64,000 nucleotides of DNA, taken from the NCBI RefSeq assembly GCF_006345805.1, contig NC_043007.1, positions 21,142,001 to 21,206,000 on the forward strand, in the 5' to 3' direction. The notes beneath the pieces were generated by a model. It saw only the letters and a list, made by a program, of their open reading frames with translations. It made no database searches and was not told the DNA's origin. Position numbers and translations under genes: made by a program. The DNA comes from Octopus sinensis. Taxonomy: Eukaryota. Below, piece after piece: positions 47,001-58,808 of this stretch. Position 1 is the stretch's first letter. Each line of letters starts with the position of its first letter.

Positions 47001-50000
47001 TGTATATATATATATATATACACATACACAACAGGCTTCTTTCAGTTTCCATCTACCAAATCCACTGACAAGGCTTTGGTTGGCCCGTGGTTATAGTGGA
47101 AGACATGGTGCTGGTGCCACATAGAAAGTAACCGTGCCAGTGTCATGCAGAAGGCACCTCTGCTGGTGTTTCCCTTCCCCAACCACTTGACGGCCAGTGT
47201 TGGTTTGTTTATGTTCCTGTAGCTTGGATGTTTAGGAAAGGAAACTGATAGAATAGGTACTAGACTTAATCAGAGAAAAACAAAAAAACAGTACCATGGT
47301 TGATCTGTTTGCCTCAACTCTTCAAGGCAGTGCCCCAGCATGGCCACAGTCCTATAACCGGAACAAGCAAAAGATAGATAAGATAAACAGAGTCTCACCA
47401 ATTTGAGCTGTCGAGCAGCATGAGAGTGCAGCTGGTAGGCAAGCGAGCCGTACTCTATCCATAGTTTGGCATTGTTGCTGTCAATCTCCACGGCCCGCGT
47501 GAAGCAGCGTAGCGATGCGATGGCTTGTTTGTAAATTGCCTGGTCCATTCGAAGTTCAGTCTGTAATGTCAAATGAGAAAAAGAATCCATTAGCAAAGAT
47601 GTGAGCAAGACAAAAGAAAATATTCTGAAAATAAACATCTTTCTGAGATATGATAAGTGTAGGCTTGCTGTGTGGTTAAGAAGCTTGCTTTGTAATCGCA
47701 CCATTTCAAGTTCAGTTCCTACTCTGAGCACCTTAGGTGTCTTCTACTTTAGGCCCAAGCCAGCCAATGTTTTGAGAAGGAATTTGGTAGACAAAAACCC
47801 TGTGTGTGTGTGTGTGTGTGTGTGTGTATCCTTGTTTCTTTCTGTGGAAGAGCGTAGGCTCGAAATGTTAAAAAACTTTTTCACTTCCTGAGCGTTATGC
47901 TAATACAACAAACCAGGTGAGGACAAATATCTGTCTAATGTAAATAAATGAATATAATTTCTTCTTTCAAAACCATTAAAAACAGCCACATTGTTATTAT
48001 CGAAGGAGAGATGGTCAAGTCAACAGAATGGCAGGTAAGTAGCCAGTTTATATTTAGGTACAAGCATTGTTTTATAGTAATTTTGGGTTCAATCTCATAA
48101 CATAGCACCAGAGCAAGTGTCTTTCAGCATAGCATCCAGTAGCCTTGTGAATAAAACTAGTAAATGAAAACTGTGTGGAAGCCTTAAGGATGGACTTTGT
48201 AAACTTAACCTGGATTAACACCATCATCATTTCATCTCTTTGAAAAAGCCCCCTCTTTTGCAAACGTTCTGAGCAGACCCTTGACCTTAAGGTAATGCAG
48301 GTATGGTAGCAGTAGTTCCTTGTAATATCACTACCAATTTTGGAGGCTCTGCAAGAGAACAATGGCACTGCCTTTCTTTCTCTAAGCAATCATCATCATC
48401 GTTTAGCGTCCGCTTTCCATGCTAGCATGGGTTGGGCAGTTCAACTGGGGTCTGGGAAGCCAGAAGGCTGCACCAGGCCCACTCTAATCTGGCAATGTTT
48501 CTACGGCTGGATGCCCTTCCTAACGCCAACAAATGTATAAAATCCTGTGAATGGCACTGAACTGTGTCCTTGGCAAAGATGCACTTGACTGCCAATGGTG
48601 AAGACTACAGGGCTTAAAACAGAGACAGCAGGAAGAATCTATATGCAAGCTGTGGCAGCATTCCAGAAGTGGATTGCTCAAGTAAGAAAGAATCATTCTA
48701 AAAAGGATAAATATTAACCCTTTAGTGTTCAGACTACTGTCAAATGTAGTGCTTGTGTATTCACATGTTTTAACCATGCATTATCATGTAGCTTTGAGAT
48801 TTTGATGATATGATTGTGTATTATTAGAATGACATTGTAGTGTAGGCTTGAGAAGCTGAATCTGGCTTTTTTTAACATAAAATGGGTAAGATATTTGGGT
48901 CAGATATGGTTCATTTAACCCTTTCGTTGGTGTATTTATTTTGAGATGCTCTGTTTCTTTTAGTTACTTTAAATATAACAAAGAATTTAGTAAAATAACT
49001 TAAAATTATAAGCGCAGGAGTGGCTATGTGGTAAGTAGCTTGCTAACCAACCACATGATTCCAGGTTCAGTCCCACTGCGTGGCATCTTGGGCAAGTGTC
49101 TTCTGCTATAGCCTCGGGCCGACCAAAGCCTTGTGAGTGGATTTGGTAGACGGAAACTGAAAGAAGCCTGTCATATATATATGTGTATATATATATACAT
49201 AATTATATATATATGTATGTGTGTCTGTGTTTGTCCCCCTAGCATTGCTTGAGAACCGATGCTGGTGTGTTTACGTCCTCGTAACTTAGCGGTTCGGCAA
49301 AAGAGACTGATACAATAAGTACTGGGCTTACAAAGAAGAAGTCCCAGGGTCGATTTGCTCGACTAAAGGCGGTGCTCCAGCATGGCCGCAGTCAAATGAC
49401 TGAAACAAGTAAAAGAGTATCATTAGGCTAGTTTTAGGAACATTAATTGTGACTATACCAACGTCGCCTTACTGGCACCTGTGCTGGTGGCATGTATAAA
49501 AACATTCGAATGAGGTTGTTGCCAGTACCGCCTGACTGGCCCCCGTGCTGGTGGCACGTAAAAAGCACCCACTACACTCTTGGAGTGGTTGGCGTTAGGA
49601 AGGGCATCCAGCTGTAGAAACTCTGCCAGATCAGAATGGAGCCTGGTGCTGCCATCTGGTTCGCCAGCCCTCAGTCAAATCGTCCAACCCATGCTAGCAT
49701 GGAAAGTGGGCGTTAAACGATGATGATGATGTTTGGTGGAAAGATTTTAATTCAAAACTTATGAAAACAAGACATTTGTACTACAGAGCTGGTTTCAGCT
49801 GGGTTAGTAACAAAAGGGTTAAATACTAAAGGATTATTTTTTTCAAATAAACATTCTGGTAAAGTTAAGAGAAGAAAACAAAAGAATTCTAACATTTATA
49901 CATTCAGGAGAGATTTAAGAATTTAACGAGACAAACATGGACAATCACTTACCGAATTCAACTTTTGCTCTAACCGACTCATACGTGCAAGGCTCATTCC

Positions 50001-53000
50001 GGCCCAAGAGTCTAGTCGATTAGGATTCACACAAATATCCAACATGTAGAACTTAATTGCTTTCCTGGAAAGAAAAGGAAAAAAAAAAGGTGCGTAAATA
50101 ATTCTTGCCGGTAGTTTTTAAACTGTAAAGGCGCAGTTTTTACATTGGCAACAGAAAATATCTAAAATTTAATAATAGAAATGTATCAAAACTATAGAAA
50201 CATTTTGGCTATTATCTATGTTGTAAAAGCATGTAGCCTATTGATTAGGGTGTTGCAAGATTGTGGTTTCAATTCCCAGATTGGGCAGTGCATTGTATTC
50301 TTGTGAAAAACAATTTAACATTGTTCCAGTGAACTCTGTGATGGACAGAGTTAGGGAATGTTGTGATTTCCATCACTTATGTTCTATGGAAACTAGCTAT
50401 GAGTCCTAAAATTTGAGAGTACTTCACTGACTTTTTATTATATACATATTGTGCTTGAGGAGACCTACTGAGTCAAGTACATCAACATCGAAGTAAACAT
50501 CAAATGGAAATTTTAGTTGTGATACCCGTGCCGGTGGCATGTAAAAAGCACCATCCAAACGTGGCCGATGCCAACACTGCCCCGACTGGCACGTAAAAAG
50601 CACCAACCAATCGTGGCCGTTACCAGCCTCCCCTGGCACGTAAAAAGCACCCACTACACTCATGGAGTGGTTGGCGTCGAGAAGGGCATCCAGCTGTAGA
50701 AACACTGCCAGATCAGACTGGAGCCTGGTGCAGCCCCTGGCTTCCCAGACCCCAGTCAAACCGTCCAACTCATGCTAACATGGAAAACAGACATTAAACG
50801 ATGATGATGATATTACAGATGAGTTGGAAGAAGAGGGTGGTAGTGAAAACTGTCTGGGAAATAGTAGTAGAAACTAGTAGTTGGTTTGCAATTAAAAGAC
50901 AACAACAACAACAAAAAACAAACAAACTTACACTTGCTCTTTGTTCTTGAAATAATAATCCGCCAGTAGGTAAAACAGCTCTTTGACAATAGCACTAAAA
51001 AACATACAAGGAAACTTAGATCAAGTGGTTCTCCATAAAAACCAATTTCGAAATATTTTACTCTAGAAATAAAATTAATAGAATGCAGTTCTTTGAATAT
51101 CTTAAAGATTCATAGAATATTTTGTGTACTGATATGAATGGATAAACTGAACTATAGTTATGTTTATATATTTGTTTTGCAAGATTTTTGATATGAAATC
51201 GTGTGTTGAAACAGATATTGTTGTATTTAGGAATGGTCGTTTTGCCAGTTTAGTCAATGAAAACACATGCACTATTTATTTTTTACATTAATCTTAATCT
51301 TATTTCGGCCAGAGTTCTTTCGTCACACTCCTGTGACCTCATCAGTAGTCCTTTGCTTACTTCTTTCTTATTAGTGTGTCTGTCCTTACTAACCATCAGG
51401 AAATACAAAATGGCTGACGGTTAGTAAGGAGAGACACACAAATAAGAAAGAAGAAAGCAAAGGACCACTGATGGGGTCACAGGAGTGTGATGAAAGAACT
51501 CTGGCTGAAATAAGATTAAGATTAATGTAAAAAAATAAATAACACTGAAGCAAAGTAACACCAAATATATAGTGTGTGTGTTTTTATGAACTATAGTATT
51601 CTACCAAAAATTTTACATAGATTATAATTATAATTAGCTTAGCTTTGACAAGATATAACAAAGTATGTAAAAAAAAAAAAGGGTTAAGTAATAACATATT
51701 TGTACGTACGTTGTGACAGGTTTATCAGGAGGTATAAATGGTGGATCGTTGTGCTGTCCTTCAATGTAGGCGAGGACAGACTCGTATGTATTAGCTTACA
51801 AAAGAAAATGGAACAAAATAGTTACCAATACTGAAAATAGCCATTTAACTTTTCAGCATTCAAATTATTCTTATCAAATCTAATGCTTATTTATTCACAT
51901 TGTTTTGAATTAACCCTACATTACCATGTAGCTACAAAATTTTAATGATGTGATCATGTATTTTTAGAATGACATTGTAGGGTAGATGTGAGAGGTTGGA
52001 TCTGACCAGTTTGAACATAAGACAGGTAAAATATTTGGGCCAGATATAGCTGGTTTAAATGCTAAAAAGGTTAATTAACTTAAGATTGTAACGTCATGAT
52101 TCAGCTATGCCTATATCTTCAAATCAATACAAGTAGGATTTAGTCTAGCACTCGCCATGGGAGCCTAATATTCTTAACCTAATACCACAATTATATCTTA
52201 AGGATTTAGATTTCTCATCAGAGAAGCAGTACTTGACTATTTCAATGTTGTACAATTACAGATGCTCTATAAGACTTCCCAAACACACTCCATTAGAATA
52301 TAAGCAAGTAGATAAAATAGAAGGAAATGGAAATCAAAATATACCTGGATTCTTTTCCTTTGGTACCAACAAAGTGATTCTTCGGGCTAAATTCTCCAGC
52401 TTCAATGATTAAAGAACAGCAAATAATTATAATTGCATTGTGAATATAAATATGAATTGGAAATAAATAAATAAAAGGAAATAATTGTCAAAAAGTGTAG
52501 TGTCAAATACATTAAGTAATTATATTATCTTTGTGACAAACAGTGATTAGAAACAAATTGATATTTCATAAATTAAGATATTAGTGATGTATGAGACTCA
52601 GATTGGAATAGATTTACTGTTAAATGGATTAAGCCATTGAAAGTCAAGTACTTTTAATGCATCAGTCTCACTCTGTGGCACCTTGGGCAAGTGTCTTGTA
52701 CTATAACCTTGTGAGTGGATTTGGTAGTTGGAAACTGAAAGAAGCCCGTCGTATATATATATATAATAATAATTTGAGGGAATATTATTCCAAACTTACA
52801 GGGAAAATTCAATTTAGAAATACTAAAATACTAAATGCATGTATGTATGTATGTATGTATGCATTTATTTATTTATTTATCTGTCCCCCACAACATCACT
52901 TGATAACTGATGCTGGTGTCTTTACGTCCACAAAACAAAGCAGTTCGGCAAAAGGGGCCGATAGAATAAGTACTAGGCTTACAAAGAATAAGTCCTGGGG

Positions 53001-56000
53001 ATGATTGCCTTGTAGCTTTGATATTTTGATGATGTGATTATTTATTTTTAGAATTATATTGTAGGGTAGGTGTCAGAAGTTAGTTCTGGCTGGTCAAATA
53101 CTGAGAGGTTAAAAAGCAATAGCTATATATATATATATATGTGTAATTTGTGGTGTGTTAATGTTGTGATTATACTTCTTCGCATTGCAAAAAAACCATA
53201 AGAAAGAAACATAATTTACCTCTCCTGATACAGTGCTAGTCTTGTAACTGTCAAATTCTGGCACGGTCTTAGGTTTAAAGTAATCGAACAATACTTGAGA
53301 CATTTCCCAGTTCAGATTAATCTGAAATAAGCAAAACAGTTGTGAACCAAATTGCATTCATTTACTATCACTGAAAAATGAAATTTTCAAAGTAAAATTT
53401 GACTGAGTGTTCTATAGAACTGAATTAATAAATGGTAATTGGAAATTTACATGATTACTGAGATAACGAAACCAAGTAGAGTAAATTAATTGCTTTGATA
53501 TTAATTATAAGTAATCATCCAACATGTTACATTTTATGAGTGGAATCTTAAGAGTCTTGCAATTTTCTGCATGTCAATTCCATATCCTTCAGCAGTCTAG
53601 CTGTTGTGCCAAGTGCACCAATTACCACAAGAACTGTCATCTTTGTCTTCCACAATCGCTTCATCTCTCTGTCTAGATCCCGATATTTCTCAATTTCTTT
53701 GACATTCAGCCTGTTATAATCTGATATTACAAAGTCTATGATGATCTTACACTGCTGTTTCTTTTGACCTCTACAATCAAATCAGGTCTCCTTGCTTTAA
53801 CAGTATAGTCAGTCCTTATGGAGAAAGACCACAAAACCTGTAATCATCATTTACCATCACAACCTCTGGCTCACCATTTTTCTGCTACTTCAAATCCACA
53901 CACTCGACACACATCCCAATGCAATCTTTTACCAACACAGTCACGCCTGCACTGATGCCCTTTTTGTGCAAGCTTACAGCATTCACTTAAGCGATGGTTG
54001 ATACTTTCATCTCCTTTTCCACAGATTTTGCATTTGCTGTCTAACTGAGTTTTATCAATCTTTCTCTTTACCAAGTTTGCTCACACTGGTTCACCTCCCA
54101 CTGCCTCTTGATTTGATAACTTATCCTAATGTCTCACCATCCACCTCTTGTTAGTTTGGACAGGAGATTAAGACAAAGATCATATATTTCAGACACACAC
54201 AAACACATTTGCTGACTAATATTTTGAACATTTACCTGTAATGCATTGTGGTCTTGAAGATACTTGGATTTGCCTTTTTTAGTTGGATGTCCATACAAAC
54301 AATAAATACATTGCTCAAAGGCTTGGTCAAGTTCATCTTTGAACGCATGCTTTGCATCTTCGGGATAATGAGCTCTTTCCTCTTTGATAACGGACATAAA
54401 AAATACTAAAAGTTCTCCATCTGATCTCGTGCACCAGGAATGTCTGGGAAAATAAAATCATAATAATTAAAACTACAGGATCCATTCATTAAGGTTTTAA
54501 TTATGAATGAGAAAGCAACCCTTCTACCACAATAATATATCTAGAAATCTAAGCCATCCTCCACCTCCTCCTCATCGTTTAACTGCCATTTTCCCATGCT
54601 TGTACAGAAATTATTGAAGTAGACTTTTCCACAGCTGGATGCCCTTCCTGTTGCCAACCCTCACTTGTTTTCCAGCAAGGTAATATTTCTCATGGCCAGA
54701 CACATTTTTTCATGGGGGACTAGAAACAAACAACATCACTTGTTATGATGGTGATGTTCACTCAAAACCATCATATGATGTCAAGACAAGCGTATACGCA
54801 CACATATCAATCACCATCATCATTTAATGTCTGTTTTCCATGCTGACATGGGTTGGTTGATCTGACTAGAGTTGGCAAGCTGGAGAGCTGCACCAGGTTC
54901 CAGTCTGATTTGGCTTGGTTTCTATGGCTGGATGCCCTTCCTAATGCCAACCACTCTGAGTGTGTAACAGGTGGTTTTTATGTGCCACCTGCATGGGTGC
55001 CATTTACACAACACCGGCAATGGTCATGACTTCACCCTATATATATGGTCATGAGTTCAACACAACCAAACCACTGAAGCAAGTACCTTCACTATATATT
55101 TACTCATTCTCATTGTCTTGTTTCAGTCATCTGACTGTGGTCATGCTGGAGCACCGCCTTTAGTCGAGGAAATTAACCCCAGGACTTATTCTTTATAAGC
55201 CTAGTACTTATTCTATCGGTCTCTTTTGCCGAACCACTAAGTTTCAGGGACGTAAACACACCAGCATCGGTTGTCAAGCGATGTTGGGGGGGACAAACAC
55301 AACACACATACATACACATATATATACATATATACGACGGGCTTCTTTCAGTTTCCGTCTACCAAATCCACTCACAAGGCTTTGGTTGGCCCGAGGCTAT
55401 AGTAGAAGACACTTTCCCAAGGTGCCACGCAGTGGGACTGAACCCGGAACCATGTGGTTCGTAAGCAAGCTACTTACCACAGAGCCACTCCTACGCCTAT
55501 ATAACAATCTTCTTACAGTTTCTATCTACAAATTCCACTCTCAAGGCATCTGTTAGCCCAAGGATGTAGAAGACATCTCCTCACAATGCCATACAGTGGG
55601 AACAAATACTATACCCCATCGTTAGAAATATGGTTTCAGTACAATAAGTAGATATTACTTACCTGCCCAGGTAATCATGTGCCACATTCAGCAACATTAG
55701 TGATGAGCTCAGAGAATTATCTAAGAGTTCACTTTCAGATTTATTCGCTGCTTGAGTCGAGTGGAGTTTAGATTCTTCACTGTAAAGAATCAAATGAAAA
55801 TTTAATAAAACAATTCAACATTCTCAAATACACTATAGAAAAAACTGTTTGCGTAAATACTTGTACAAATATTCATGGCATTCTTACAAGTTACAAGAAA
55901 ATTATGGTTCAGGAACTAAACTAAATCTATTCTACTTCAGAACAGATGATTTTAGAACTAAGTCAATTCTCCAAAGGATGGATGGCTTTGGAATGAATTT

Positions 56001-58657
56001 CCTTGTAAGAATATATATGTATTATTATTTCGTTTTTGTATTTGGTTTGCATGATTCTTTATGTGAATTTGTGTGTTGAAGCATATTTTATTGTGTCTGG
56101 GAGAGTCATTCTCTTTTAGTGCCTTATCAATACACTCACTGGTAAAGTTTCCACTCATTTATCTATTTTTCCTAATATTTTCGTTGCGTCTTGCAACCTT
56201 TTCAATAGTTGTTGACTCAACTAAATTGTGAAAATTCACTAAAAAAAATCATTAACATGCATATTGACGATAACTTTAATCAATCAGAAGATTTATAAGC
56301 TTTTCTAATGAAAAGATTTTAGATACAGCAGAGTTCTTGGTAGACATCAGTATGATGGCATACATAAGGAAACAGAAAGGGAAAAACACAACATACAGCA
56401 CAGATAGCAAAGTGTTGCAGTATACAAAAATGTACAGTGTAACTTGAACAATTACTAATTTAACAAAATAAGTATTGTTAAAAGTACTAACTTTCTGATA
56501 ATGTGATACAGCAATTTCCACGGTAAAACAGTAGGAATAGGCATATCAGTAGCGTACTCTGGTACATCGACAGAATCTGAAATCACTCTAATTAAATTTT
56601 TAGCAATCCGTAGAGTACAGGCTGGAGTTAGTTCTTTTATGCTTGATGGTTCATTTAGGATAGCTCTACAAAACGAAATGGAAATAGAAGTTACAGACAG
56701 AAGATTTTAAAGGGCAACAGCAATGAAAACCTAAAAGAAAAACAGTAAGCAAAGAAGAAAATAACCCCAAAAATATTAAAATACTACTTTGTTTTAAATA
56801 CCTTTCCTGAGTTAATTTTTAAGCTTCCCAACGCTTCTATTTTAGACCCTCATCTAGCATAAAGCTGACCCTTCACCAACCCCAAGCTTCTATCTTGGGT
56901 TTGTAGTTTTGCATGGAGACTTCAGTGGTGCTGGTGACATGAAAAAAGCACACAGTATATGCTGTAAAATGGATTCTGTCACACCATGGAACATGGATGT
57001 TAAATGATGACGACGATGATGATGATATAATTCTGCTTTAGTTTTAGGAAACAAAATCATAAAACTATATTATTAACAATGGCTCCAGTATTTGTTCTGA
57101 CTCTTTATACTAAGTTCAAACTCCATGACCAACTTTGCCTTTCATCCCTCTGGGGGTAATAAATAAAGTATCAACCAAAAATGAGTTGTTGTAATCAACT
57201 GCCATATTCTGAACGCCTTACTTCCCTGGGCATGGATACATTGAAACTCCGACGCCTGGCAGCTGACTTGGCAGACACCCATAAAATTATTAACCATCTT
57301 ACCAACAATAATTCTGAGCACCTTTTCAGACTTCACCTGTCTAACACCCATGGACATGTTTACAAAGTCAGAAAACAGCACAGCTCCCATGACTTTCGGA
57401 AACATTTTTTCACGCTGAGAGTTGCTGAAGCATGGAACAAACTGCCGGCATCAGTTGTTAGTTGTCAGAGCACTGCATCCTTCAAAACTTCCATGCTTCC
57501 TGAGATTCGCCAACACCTGATTTTCTCCCCTCCATACACACGCAAGCATGTATCTGACTCACACACTGTTCACTTTCCAGACATTTGTACATTACTGCAT
57601 ATGCTTTATACGCATTTTTGACAAGTTGTGGTGCACCTGAGCACTGTATACAATAATTTCATTATATATATGTAACTAGCCTCTCCCTTAAAAAATGCTG
57701 GCCTTGTGCTTAAATTAGAAACAACTATTAATAACAATCTTTTACTGTCAGTCAAATGAGAAGTAATTCACTAATTTTACTACTAGTTTCCATTAATATT
57801 TTCAATAAGAGGAACCTGTGCATAGATGCTTTACCTGTGTAAAAGAACAGAGGTTCCACTCCCAATAACACCCTGCCATTTTAAAATGGGAAGGATACTA
57901 CGATGAGATGGTACAAGGTGGACGTAGATCATTCATCGTGGAGGAAATTCAGAAAAAAAAATCATACCGTGCACAAACTACAGGGAAACTATAATTGTAT
58001 TGTTAATGAATGTTTAAACTATGTAAAATTTGCCGTGTTGATGATTGCCAAAAATACATAGAAACTGAGGAATTTAAAAAAAAGAATATACGAACTCATC
58101 CATTCCAGCAAAAAGCTGAATCATAAAAGCAATCCAGTCATCTTTAACGGTGTGAGAATTGCTTTCTCTGTACATCTGCAGACTCTCGTTAAATATAACT
58201 TCACCCCACAAAACATATTTCTGAAAAATAAAAATATTTCACATATCAATTATATCTATCTTTATTTATATATATACACACACACATACATATATACACA
58301 CACATACATATATATATACACATGCATATATATATATATATATACACACGCACATACATATATATATACACACACGCACATACATATATACACACACACA
58401 CATATATACACACACACATACATATATATCATGTTTGATCTTTGACCTCTGGCCGAAATCAGATCGCCATGTTGATTCGTTAGCTACTGCACGCATTTTT
58501 TTCTCTCCTTCTTTCTGTGTTTTCTCTCTCTGTGTATCTTTCTGTTGAAGAGCGTATCGAAACGTTAAAGACTTGTTTTATTTATATTTCCTGAGCGCCA
58601 TACTAATACATTGTTCGTTTGTCTTCCACCTGCCTTCGTCTTTTGTTTATTTATAAG

Positions 58658-58704
<47 letters not shown>

Positions 58705-58748
58705 CACACACATACAATTATACTTCTGAAAGAAGGGAAGCAACAGTG

Positions 58749-58808
<60 letters not shown>

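Noticed and set aside
49012-49085. tRNA gene calls at SINE heads (also 16391, 37423, 62355)
   Set aside because: A and B boxes are present, but there is no cloverleaf with acceptor and anticodon stems, and each continues into a SINE body.
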